64,000 nt of DNA from a virus, in the IMG/VR virus record IMGVR_UViG_3300013126_000026, positions 4,337-68,336 of that record, one strand, 5' to 3'. The notes under the pieces were generated by a model that searched no databases, was not told where the DNA came from, and saw nothing but the letters and a program-made list of their open reading frames with translations. The position numbers and the translations under genes were made by a program. Numbering within the stretch: the stretch's first letter is position 1; every line of letters begins with the position of its first letter. This document shows positions 29,243 to 37,474 of the stretch, piece after piece.

Positions 29243-30496
29243 TTAGTTTACGCTAACAACAAATTGTGAGGTGCCGGTTACTACAGTGCCAGGTGAAGTA
29301 GCATTACGTATTTTCCAAACAAATGAATAATCAGCTACATAACCTGTGAGTGAATTGCTAAGTAATAATCCAAATAGTACGCTATTTGAATTTGTTGTAT
29401 TAGAATTTGTTGGTGTAAAAAATACGTCATCACCTGCTACAAAGGATAAAGAAGTACCTACAAGCGACCCGTCTGGTCCTTGATCGTCTTGATTTTCAGT
29501 CCAATCAATAGCAAATTCATAGTTAAAATCAGGTGGTCTAGTAATATTAGAATAATTTCCAAAAGTTGGACTTCCTGAATTGCTACTACCTAATTGAAGA
29601 ATTTCCCAATAAGCCTGTCCACTCACTGGGGGATTAGTTGAACTATTTGTAATCAAACTAATAGAAGTACTTCCTCCTCCAGTATTACTAGCTGAAGTGT
29701 AAACTGCTCCCATACCTGGATCATTTTTAACACTTCCAACTAAAACAGTTTTTCCAATTGAATATTTGTCATAATTTGTATATCGTATTTCACCAGCAAA
29801 ACAATACGTGTGATTAGGAAATTCTTCACTAATCATTTTAATCATCCATACATGTGTAAGAATTTGTGGACTACCAATTTTTAATTCTCTGCCTAATGCT
29901 ATAAAATCACTTTGATCCCATAAACTTTCTGGACAGAATTTTTTAACAATAGGTACTAAATTGTGTTTCTTACAAAACTCATAAGCGTAATTTATATCAT
30001 ACCCATTAATCAATACACCTTGTGTGTCATACATCTCAAAAATTGCTAGTGCTGGTTTTACTCCAACATCTAAAAATGTTTGTAAAACTAATTCACTATC
30101 TATGCCACCACTATAAAACAATAATGGATTTTCAATTTTTGTTAATTGTTTCTTCAACAATTCTTTATAGCTTTCACCATCATTTTTATGTATCTCAAAT
30201 GCATGTGATGGTGTGTTCCATAAATCTCTATAGGCAGGAGGTACAGCAATTCTTCTAAAATTATCATCTTTAGCTTGTAGATATTCAAAGCCAGTTTTTT
30301 TAATTCTAGGTGTGAGCGTATAAAACTTATTATAAATTGCGCCTTTAATGGCATTGGTAAATTTTGCCCTTGAATTAGCAAACATGTCATATGTTTCTTT
30401 TACATAAGCATTTACAAGTTCATCAGTATGACCCAATGTGTTGTAAATTACTCTAATACCTTGTTTTTCGAAATATTCATCAATGTATTTTTTCAT
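29243..30496 (-). CDS. PP-loop ATP pyrophosphatase (asparagine-synthase-like) fused to a Ser/Thr/Gly-rich C-terminal domain
   Basis: LFYSGGIDS motif. Confidence 0.65.
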   Translation of the reverse strand: MKKYIDEYFEKQGIRVIYNTLGHTDELVNAYVKETYDMFANSRAKFTNAIKGAIYNKFYTLTPRIKKTGFEYLQAKDDNFRRIAVPPAYRDLWNTPSHAFEIHKNDGESYKELLKKQLTKIENPLLFYSGGIDSELVLQTFLDVGVKPALAIFEMYDTQGVLINGYDINYAYEFCKKHNLVPIVKKFCPESLWDQSDFIALGRELKIGSPQILTHVWMIKMISEEFPNHTYCFAGEIRYTNYDKYSIGKTVLVGSVKNDPGMGAVYTSASNTGGGSTSISLITNSSTNPPVSGQAYWEILQLGSSNSGSPTFGNYSNITRPPDFNYEFAIDWTENQDDQGPDGSLVGTSLSFVAGDDVFFTPTNSNTTNSNSVLFGLLLSNSLTGYVADYSFVWKIRNATSPGTVVTGTSQFVVSVN

Positions 30497-30522
30497 AGAT
30501 AACCCTAGAAATTATACTGTAT

Positions 30523-31086
30523 TTAGTCCAGTTTATTTTCTTTATGATAACTTTCTATCTGATTTTGTAAATTTTGTGGGTTATCCGATCTTAAACTATT
30601 AGCTAAAAACGCAGCATAAGTCACACAACTTGTGCTTGTTCCATGATATTTTACACCATCAATATATATATTAGTCCCAATAACATATACTAATTCTTTA
30701 GTTTTACTATAGTTACTATGTGAGGCTACTAGTAATTTCTTGTTATAAGCACCAACCACAATAACTTTTTTTGCTCTGGTTGGGCTGTAATCTTTTATAT
30801 CAACTGAAGAATTCCCTGCGCTAACGACTACATGACAAATATCACATAATCTATTACAATAATCATCAAGTAATATATCAATTTCTTTAGCCCAAGGAAT
30901 AGCGATTACATCAACTTTATTCACAATAGACAATAAGTTTTCAAATACTTCATACAAATCACTAATATCAATAACGTTTGGAACATTAATTTGTTTAAGT
31001 TCTACATCTGTATAATGTTCTATAACTTTAGTCATTACATAACCATGACTATATTCGTTAGTAAAATCATCTAATAAGTAAATCAT
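30523..31086 (-). CDS. Minimal subtilisin-like (S8) peptidase
   Basis: D, HG, SAGN, VGA, SNY, GTS motifs. Confidence 0.75.
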   Translation of the reverse strand: MIYLLDDFTNEYSHGYVMTKVIEHYTDVELKQINVPNVIDISDLYEVFENLLSIVNKVDVIAIPWAKEIDILLDDYCNRLCDICHVVVSAGNSSVDIKDYSPTRAKKVIVVGAYNKKLLVASHSNYSKTKELVYVIGTNIYIDGVKYHGTSTSCVTYAAFLANSLRSDNPQNLQNQIESYHKENKLD

Positions 31087-31100
31087 ATATTATTTAATTG

Positions 31101-31214
31101 TTTAGGGACACAAAGTTGCTGTTATTTAAGAGCTAGCGTAGGCTTCGGGTCTCCGCTTATCGTTATTACTAACTACTGCTCTCCCTGTTAGTTTGTCACC
31201 CTATCCTGGTGACT
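31101..31214 (-). ncRNA. Candidate structured RNA after tRNA-fMet
   Basis: Hairpins GTCACC/GGTGAC, CTAAC/GTTAG, AGCG/CGCT; no ORF. Confidence 0.4.
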
Positions 31215-31219
31215 GTATT

Positions 31220-31293
31220 TGGATGCGGGTCTAGGAGTCGAACCTAGAACAAAGGCTTATGAGACCTTTATGATACCCTTTCAACAACCCGCT
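31220..31293 (-). tRNA. tRNA-Met(CAT), initiator-like
   Basis: 1:72 mismatch, loop CTCATAA, CCA. Confidence 0.85.
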
Positions 31294-31294
31294 A

Positions 31295-31831
31295 TTAAAA
31301 CGACCATTCTTTATTAACACGTATGCCACCGACTAATACAAATTTGTTTTTTGTAGGCAATCCTTCATGTTCATACGCACTATTAAAGAATACAATCTTA
31401 TTTGCTTCAGGCTCAATATCAAAATAATTTATATCATTATAAAACCTAGTACTACCAACACAGCTATTTAAATACAATATAAATGAATGATCCTCGTTTT
31501 TACAATGGTTATGTTTAATTTGATATCCATCAACATATTTTATCATATGTAAATGATAAATGTCAACACTAAAGCTTAAGATTTTATTATAATATTGTTT
31601 CAAGTATTCATTAGCTAATGTCATTAATATTTGGTTGGTATTAATGTCAAATAAATGTACAATGTTAGTAGTTTGTGTTCCATTTACTGTTCCAAGACCA
31701 ACGTTGGAAGTAATTAATTTATCTTTAATAGCTAATTTATAAACTTCTTTTATCTTATTTGTGACTTGACTAGATATAAAATCAACGTATAAATTATTAC
31801 CTACAATTTTAAACATGATATATTTACACAA
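31295..31831 (-). CDS. 2OG-Fe(II) oxygenase-like protein
   Basis: HNH...SFILYLN...HEG. Confidence 0.65.
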   Translation of the reverse strand: MCKYIMFKIVGNNLYVDFISSQVTNKIKEVYKLAIKDKLITSNVGLGTVNGTQTTNIVHLFDINTNQILMTLANEYLKQYYNKILSFSVDIYHLHMIKYVDGYQIKHNHCKNEDHSFILYLNSCVGSTRFYNDINYFDIEPEANKIVFFNSAYEHEGLPTKNKFVLVGGIRVNKEWSF

Positions 31832-31852
31832 ACAAACAATAAGAAAACAATT

Positions 31853-31944
31853 TGGTGGAAGCGGTGAGATTCGAACTCACGGACCCGGTTACCCGAATCG
31901 ACAGGTTAGCAACCTGCTGCCTTAAGCCGCTCGGCCACGCTTCC
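31853..31944 (-). tRNA. tRNA-Ser(GCT)
   Basis: Long variable arm, loop TTGCTAA, CCA. Confidence 0.92.
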
Positions 31945-31956
31945 GTATACAATATT

Positions 31957-32496
31957 TCAATTATGAACTATAAACTTAAGACCTGCTTGATTAGCAATAA
32001 CTGCCCAAGCATCACTATGATCTTCGTTTACTGAAAAGCACACTGCCTGTGCTTGTGTGTTCTTTAATTGACTGTTGCCGTACTTGGCCCATTCTCTAGC
32101 AATTAATTTCCATACACCTTTATATTGACCACTAGCAGCATCATCTACCATAAGTTCAAGATATTTAGTATTATCTTCCATATAATAAAGTGGACTAACT
32201 ACAAAACTACATTCCCAATTTGGGTTGTCACGCATATTAAATACATCAATATCAAGTTCGCTAAAACGAATTTTAGGATCAGTTGTAGCCATTATAAAGA
32301 TATCATCTCGCCTTACACGAATTGGCACATTAGGATACAAACTGTTAAATGAATTTTTTACAACTTTAGCCATATATGCTGCTGCTTTCGGGGCCCAAGT
32401 TCTCATTAATTCTTGCTCCCACTCTTGGCCTAGTTTCTCGTCCATAGTGTTAGAAGCTTCATTTATAATATTAATATAGTATCGAATATCATTCAT
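31957..32496 (-). CDS. Hypothetical protein (MNDIRYYINIINEA...)
   Basis: ORF with ATAAATA upstream. Confidence 0.65.
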   Translation of the reverse strand: MNDIRYYINIINEASNTMDEKLGQEWEQELMRTWAPKAAAYMAKVVKNSFNSLYPNVPIRVRRDDIFIMATTDPKIRFSELDIDVFNMRDNPNWECSFVVSPLYYMEDNTKYLELMVDDAASGQYKGVWKLIAREWAKYGNSQLKNTQAQAVCFSVNEDHSDAWAVIANQAGLKFIVHN

Positions 32497-32517
32497 AATA
32501 ATATTTATCACAGTTTA

Positions 32518-32602
32518 CCATATTGAAACACACTCATCACACGCCGTACGGTAGGCGATCAACTCTACAGCCTGATAGGCATCAAAATGTGCTTCAATAT
32601 GG
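32518..32602 (-). ncRNA. Closing-stem RNA unit 1
   Basis: 17-bp stem CCATATTGAAGCACATT/AGTGTGTTTCAATATGG around a 51-nt core. Confidence 0.6.
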
Positions 32603-32918
32603 CGCCAGTCCCTAAACTGGCTTCATATTATCTTCTGTGTCTTGGACGACGGTCCTCAGGTCTCGAAATCCGTATGCGAAGTCCACCATCACTCGCATAT
32701 TTTAGTTGACGGGGCTTACACCCGCCTCGACCAAGTAAGCCGCTAACTCTAGGGATTTGAGCAACAGGCTTGTCGGGACTAATTTTTTAAATATAGTTGC
32801 CGGTTACAAAATCCGGCGTTACACTTTCGGAGTAACTGTTCTACCTATCCCGCCACCGACTTCGTTTAAGACTCGCCGCCTTTATACACGCTGATAGCCA
32901 CGTGTTCTGGTATTGTTA
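32603..32918 (-). ncRNA. GC-enriched structured non-coding block, probably two RNAs
   Basis: No ORF; hairpins GCCAGT/ACTGGC, ATGCGAG/TTCGCAT, GCCGG/CCGGC, GTTAC/GTAAC, ACACG/CGTGT. Confidence 0.5.
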
Positions 32919-33040
32919 CCATATTGAAACACACTACACTATTTGCTATGCTCATGCGGAATAGTCTAGAATTACCGCAATTATGTACATAGTTACTCAG
33001 GCATGATCAAGCCCATGGCTTGCAATGTGCTTCAATATGG
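32919..33040 (-). ncRNA. Closing-stem RNA unit 2
   Basis: Same 17-bp stem as unit 1 around a different 88-nt core. Confidence 0.6.
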
Positions 33041-33170
33041 TGACAGTCTTTCCCGTCTGTCAATAACGTCAATGTTACACCTGTATTTCTCATATCACTA
33101 TTGCAGATATGCAGTTCCCTGATTACCAAGCCACCAGTTAAGGGAGACGTTATCTCCACCCATCAATCCA
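33041..33170 (-). ncRNA. Structured RNA downstream of tRNA-Asp
   Basis: ATAACGTC/GACGTTAT closes a junction; 3' hairpin TGACAG/CTGTCA followed by CCA. Confidence 0.5.
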
Positions 33171-33175
33171 AACTT

Positions 33176-33250
33176 TGGCGATCCCGCGGGGAATCGAACC
33201 CCGATATCCGACTAGACAGGCCGGTATAATAACCACTATATGACGAGACC
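33176..33250 (-). tRNA. tRNA-Asp(GTC)
   Basis: Cloverleaf, loop CTGTCTA, CCA. Confidence 0.88.
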
Positions 33251-33255
33251 ATGTT

Positions 33256-33329
33256 TGGCATCCCGGGAGGGATTCGAACCCCCACAAACAGTTTTGGAGA
33301 CTGCTATGCTACCATTACACCACCGAGAC
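33256..33329 (-). tRNA. tRNA-Trp(CCA)
   Basis: Cloverleaf, loop CTCCAAA, CCA. Confidence 0.9.
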
Positions 33330-33341
33330 ATTGTTTGGAAC

Positions 33342-33950
33342 TTACCAGTGCTTTATTCTTTCAAGCAATTCATTTATAGTAATAGAATTCTTTTCTCGTT
33401 TACTTTGATTTTGTCGATGCAACATAAGTTTGCAGTTGGCAGGATGTTTAATGATTTCAGGATCTATTCCCAATTCAAATCCAGTCCTAACACTAACCAT
33501 ATGATCTTTTGATACACCGTTAAGATTGTTGCCTTTATTACTAGGACTATACCATCCGTATTGTTCGACTAGCATCAATTCGAATTTATTTGGATAGTCT
33601 TTAATATTAAAATCAAAATTACATCTTTGTCTGTACAAAATAAACGGTTGTTTGGTTTTTTCCGTATACTCAATCCAACATTTAGACGAACAAAATTTTT
33701 TATTAAAATGCGTCTTGTTGCACTCTAAACATTTTTTCTCAATTTTATTTTTTCTGTTAAAATTATTACCAAGTTCTATATTTTTAATATGCTCAGAGGA
33801 CAACTTTCTTCCAAAGAGTTTATTGGATACTTTTTGATTAATTTCCTGTCTCTTACTTTTAGTTGAGTAACCACGAGCACACTTAAGACTACAAAATCTT
33901 CCTGATCCATAATCACCATTATGGTGATTTTTACAATTTTCACAAATCAT
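33342..33950 (-). mobile_element. Free-standing HNH homing endonuclease with zinc fingers
   Basis: CxxC...FCSxxC twice; DH...HPAN...N...K; lies between two tRNAs. Confidence 0.78.
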
Positions 33951-33992
33951 TTGAACCCTCGCTTTTTATATATTTAGCATAAGTTCGTAATC

Positions 33993-34078
33993 TGGAGTGA
34001 GCGACAGGACTCGAACCTGCATTACCTTTCGGTGTTACGGATTTGCAATCCGGTGCGTCGCCATTCCGCCACGCTCAC
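33993..34078 (-). tRNA. tRNA-Cys(GCA) with long variable arm
   Basis: Loop TTGCAAA, U73, extra ACC-GAAA-GGT arm, CCA. Confidence 0.85.
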
Positions 34079-34087
34079 ATTAACATT

Positions 34088-34162
34088 TGGTAGGGGCAGC
34101 AGGGATTGAACCTGCGACCTCGATGTTAAAAGCATCTTGCTCTACCTCTGAGCTATACCCCC
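34088..34162 (-). tRNA. tRNA-Lys(TTT)
   Basis: Cloverleaf, loop CTTTTAA, CCA. Confidence 0.9.
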
Positions 34163-34193
34163 AAATAATTCTTTACATCTAATACAATAATGC

Positions 34194-34281
34194 TGGTGGG
34201 TGCTGATGGTAACGCTCCACGAACTCAACTTCCCATCTCTCAGAGTAACGGTTTTACAGACCGCCGACGGGGGCAACACCC
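34194..34281 (-). ncRNA. Non-canonical tRNA-Tyr(GTA)-like RNA lacking a D arm
   Basis: GGGTGTT/AGCACCC acceptor plus ACCA; anticodon hairpin GCGGT-CTGTAAA-ACCGT; T-loop replaced by AGCGTTA. Confidence 0.7.
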
Positions 34282-34295
34282 TTATTCTTTACATA

Positions 34296-34364
34296 CCATA
34301 TTATAGCACACTACTCATCGGTATACATCACCATTTGACTGTTCGGCAATGTGCTATAATATGG
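34296..34364 (-). ncRNA. Closing-stem RNA unit 3
   Basis: CCATATTATAGCACATT/AGTGTGCTATAATATGG, a compensatory variant of units 1-2. Confidence 0.6.
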
Positions 34365-34437
34365 GTACACCGTACGGGAGTCGAACCCATCTTTGCGCCT
34401 TGAAAGGGCGCCGTCCTAACCGATAGACGAACGGTGC
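34363..34437 (-). tRNA. tRNA-Glu(TTC)
   Basis: Cloverleaf, loop CTTTCAA. Confidence 0.9.
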
Positions 34438-34502
34438 GTATGTACATCAATTGTTAAAGATCCTGTTTACACTGAATTGCGTACAACTCAGTCAATAAAA
34501 GC

Positions 34503-34612
34503 ATTTTACACTAACTACGATTTATTGTCAACTTGTTTTTTACTACTCACTATAAACAACTTGCTCAATCAATCAATAAAAGCATTATATATTAAACAGG
34601 AATTATTGTCAA
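34503..34612 (-). promoter_or_regulatory. Tandem duplicated sigma70 promoters feeding the Glu-Tyr-Lys-Cys tRNA block
   Basis: TTGACA-17-TATAAT (34612-34584) and TTGACA-17-TAAAAT (34531-34503), each followed by GCTTTTATTGA. Confidence 0.75.
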
Positions 34613-34632
34613 ATTACTTGCTACTACTAATA

Positions 34633-35217
34633 TTACAAGGGTATAAAGTGATTGACTGATGGTATTTGAGTGATTGATTCGATTGGAATAATGTCAAAAG
34701 CAATCGTAATTCTTGGCATCGATTCATCATTCCATACTGAACTGCGATGTTGATCACCATTACTTTTACCAAACACTAAACGTCCATCTATACTAGGAAC
34801 TACAACATCATTTTGTGATCCAGGTATTCTATATGTTGTGTTACTATCACCAACTTGAACACAATAAAAACCATGCCATACACGTTTTTCAACTTCCCAG
34901 TGAGTATGCCAATCTATACTTTGTCCTACTCTATAAACATTCAACCAACTTTTTAACATACAGTAAGTATTACTTTCTAAATAAGGCTTAGTATGCTTAC
35001 GTATTTCATGATATAACTTATTCAACTCTATACATGGATAGGTCAGTAGGTTATAGTTATCATGTTGAGAGGTCGTAAACGTGCCATATTTCTTGCCTTG
35101 ATCCATTGTAAACTTTAATAGAAATTTTTCAAAGTCTAAACAAGTATTGGCTAATACTAGATTGTTTATGGTAGACAAATCGATACTATACAAATAATCG
35201 TCAAAATAAGTTACCAT
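34633..35217 (-). CDS. 2OG-Fe(II) oxygenase-like protein
   Basis: SWLN, WHTH, HRS, RITIAFD. Confidence 0.75.
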   Translation of the reverse strand: MVTYFDDYLYSIDLSTINNLVLANTCLDFEKFLLKFTMDQGKKYGTFTTSQHDNYNLLTYPCIELNKLYHEIRKHTKPYLESNTYCMLKSWLNVYRVGQSIDWHTHWEVEKRVWHGFYCVQVGDSNTTYRIPGSQNDVVVPSIDGRLVFGKSNGDQHRSSVWNDESMPRITIAFDIIPIESITQIPSVNHFIPL

Positions 35218-35226
35218 AATTTAAAT

Positions 35227-35312
35227 TGGTGCCCAGAGCCGGAGTCGAACCGGCACGCCTTTTCGGCGAGGGATTTTAAGTCCCTTGTGTCTACCTGTTT
35301 CACCATCCGGGC
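35227..35312 (-). tRNA. tRNA-Leu(TAA)
   Basis: Long variable arm, loop CTTAAAA, CCA. Confidence 0.92.
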
Positions 35313-35359
35313 AGTATTCAAGTATTATATACACACTACTATATATTGTCAATATGTTA

Positions 35360-35977
35360 TCAGAAATCTTTTACCAAAACACTAACACTACTATCACCGT
35401 TGCCTAATAATCCAACTGGGTAAAAGTTATAAGCAATACTATGTCTTATACTATTACTATCGTTAAGTCCTATTCTATGACTTAAATAGCTTGGAAAAAA
35501 CGCAATCAAATTACTTTGATATTGTAATATAAACTTATCAGAATTATATGTGTTATTAAATTCAGGGACAATGAAAAACTGCGAACCATGTGTATTCTCA
35601 AACTCTAAATTGCTTGGTTTATCTATGTTTTCCCAATACACAATACCACTATAATAACAATTCTTATGTGTATGAAACTGACTATATCCTTGTGGCAAAG
35701 TTTTAGTTGCCCAAGATGTAGTCATAACAAATTCAGTATTAGTTAATTTTAATACTTTGTTTTTAAAATCAGTAAAATAATTACAAATAATGTTCTTAAT
35801 GTTTGGAAAACTATCTAGTAAACGGAAATCTTTTGATACACTTGCTAGATAACTCCCATCGTTTCCCTTATCATTAAATTCACAATCTACAACGTTATGT
35901 AGTTCAGAGAGGTCTTCAGTGACTTTATAAGTGCCTAGTACTGAAGGGAAAAGTGGGTAAACAATACATTTATTCAT
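35360..35977 (-). CDS. 2OG-Fe(II) oxygenase (TIGR02466-like)
   Basis: SWAT, HTH, SGIVY, FPSYLSH, RHSIAYN. Confidence 0.85.
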   Translation of the reverse strand: MNKCIVYPLFPSVLGTYKVTEDLSELHNVVDCEFNDKGNDGSYLASVSKDFRLLDSFPNIKNIICNYFTDFKNKVLKLTNTEFVMTTSWATKTLPQGYSQFHTHKNCYYSGIVYWENIDKPSNLEFENTHGSQFFIVPEFNNTYNSDKFILQYQSNLIAFFPSYLSHRIGLNDSNSIRHSIAYNFYPVGLLGNGDSSVSVLVKDF

Positions 35978-35983
35978 AATTTA

Positions 35984-36058
35984 TGGTCCGACCGGAGGGA
36001 ATCGAACCCCCATTCTGGATTTAGAAGAACCATGTCCTATCCATTGAACGACGGTCAG
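35984..36058 (-). tRNA. tRNA-Arg(TCT)
   Basis: Loop CTTCTAA, CCA. Confidence 0.85.
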
Positions 36059-36063
36059 ATATT

Positions 36064-36142
36064 TGGCTCCGGACGTGAGGTTCGAACTCACCTAACCATG
36101 GATTAACAGTCCAGCCCATGCACCTAGCTCGGGTTCTCCGGA
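36064..36142 (-). tRNA. tRNA-Asn(GTT) with atypical D arm
   Basis: Loop CTGTTAA, TTCGAAC T-loop, GCCA end. Confidence 0.78.
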
Positions 36143-36148
36143 ATAATT

Positions 36149-36224
36149 TGGTGCTGCATGTCGGATTCGAACTGACCACCTACTGATTACAAATCAGTTG
36201 CTCTACCAAATGAGCTAATGCAGC
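36149..36224 (-). tRNA. tRNA-Thr(TGT)
   Basis: Cloverleaf, loop TTTGTAA, CCA. Confidence 0.92.
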
Positions 36225-36271
36225 ATGAATTTATTTACACGTAGTATACACGTGTGTTTATTTTTTGTCAA

Positions 36272-36910
36272 CTACTTATATGGGGGTCCAAGTGCCCATA
36301 TTACAATACTTTTTCTTACACCACTAAGTACAGGTTGAACTCTATGAAACATAAAACTTGGAAAGAAAATCACAGTTCCTTTTTCCTGAGTAATTTTTTT
36401 AGGGTCTAAAGGGTCATCTAATAATTCAAATTCACCACCTGAATATTCAGTACTATCACTAAGTACAATTGATAATGATAATTTTCTAGTATAATGTACT
36501 TCACTAGTTAATGGTGTACCTAATGGACAATCAGTATGCCAATTATAATAATCATTTACACCATAAGTAGTATACTGAAAATGATCATACCCAACTAAAT
36601 CAAACCCAAAGTAATCATTATTGATAGCTTCACAAATTTGAAACGTTTTTTGAAAAAACCAACTTGTTTCATTATTCATTGTGTGAAACTTTATCTTAGA
36701 TTTTCTAGGTTTTTCTTCATATGTTAGTGTAGGTTTACTTATAATGTTAATCGTATCAGTTAATACTGTAGAACCTGCGCTATTGTCTAATAAATTTTTA
36801 TCACAATAGTCACGTATTTTATCTAATTCATCAACAGTAAAAAATTTATTGCCAACAATAAATGCTGGCAATATTCTACCACGCAAATACACATTACTTG
36901 TTAATGTCAT
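36272..36910 (-). CDS. 2OG-Fe(II) oxygenase (PKHD/P4H-like)
   Basis: YNWHTD, RKLS, YSGGEF, FPSFMFHRV.PV..G.RKS. Confidence 0.9.
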   Translation of the reverse strand: MTLTSNVYLRGRILPAFIVGNKFFTVDELDKIRDYCDKNLLDNSAGSTVLTDTINIISKPTLTYEEKPRKSKIKFHTMNNETSWFFQKTFQICEAINNDYFGFDLVGYDHFQYTTYGVNDYYNWHTDCPLGTPLTSEVHYTRKLSLSIVLSDSTEYSGGEFELLDDPLDPKKITQEKGTVIFFPSFMFHRVQPVLSGVRKSIVIWALGPPYK

Positions 36911-37464
36911 GTGATAAGTCTGCTATGTTTAGGTATACCAGACATTAAATAATCCATTTGATCACTTAAGATATAACGATTTTGTAATATCATGTTTTCA
37001 AAATGGTTGGGAATATATGGTACATAAAGTAATTCCATACGTGATTCTTTTAATGTCTTACTGCCTTTATTACTATTACAATCTTTACAAGCAGTGACAA
37101 CATTCATCCATTCGTTTTTACCACCACGACTTTTGGGAATAATATGATCACGGCTTAAATTGTGATGGCTTACAAAATATTTACCACAATAGGCACAAAT
37201 GTGTCTGTCACGACCATATAATGTGCGATTTGTTAGTGCTACTTTACCGTGTTTATATGGATCAAATCCATGACCCTTGATGGCGATAATACTTGTTGTT
37301 TCAATACAACTTAGTTCCCCGTTGCGTTGAAATCCACCACGATATTTTGCTACAACTTCACCCATGCTCCATGCTACAGATTTTTTAGCATGATAGGTAA
37401 CAGCATCTTCAAACCCAATCCATTGTCTTGGGATGCCTGAAATATCTAACGCAAGTACAGCCAT
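36907..37464 (-). CDS. HNH endonuclease
   Basis: RD..CAYCG, DHIIPKSRGG, NVVTAC..CN..K. Confidence 0.9.
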   Translation of the reverse strand: MAVLALDISGIPRQWIGFEDAVTYHAKKSVAWSMGEVVAKYRGGFQRNGELSCIETTSIIAIKGHGFDPYKHGKVALTNRTLYGRDRHICAYCGKYFVSHHNLSRDHIIPKSRGGKNEWMNVVTACKDCNSNKGSKTLKESRMELLYVPYIPNHFENMILQNRYILSDQMDYLMSGIPKHSRLIT

Positions 37465-37474
37465 TTTACACTCC

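Noticed and set aside
32603-33170. tmRNA, RNase P RNA or hammerhead ribozyme
   Set aside because: By eye I found no tmRNA acceptor/tag, no RNase P P4 motif and no CUGANGA/GAAA core; a cmscan is still needed.
32518-34364. CRISPR mini-array
   Set aside because: The repeats are inverted arm pairs with irregular spacing and core lengths; no cas genes in the window.
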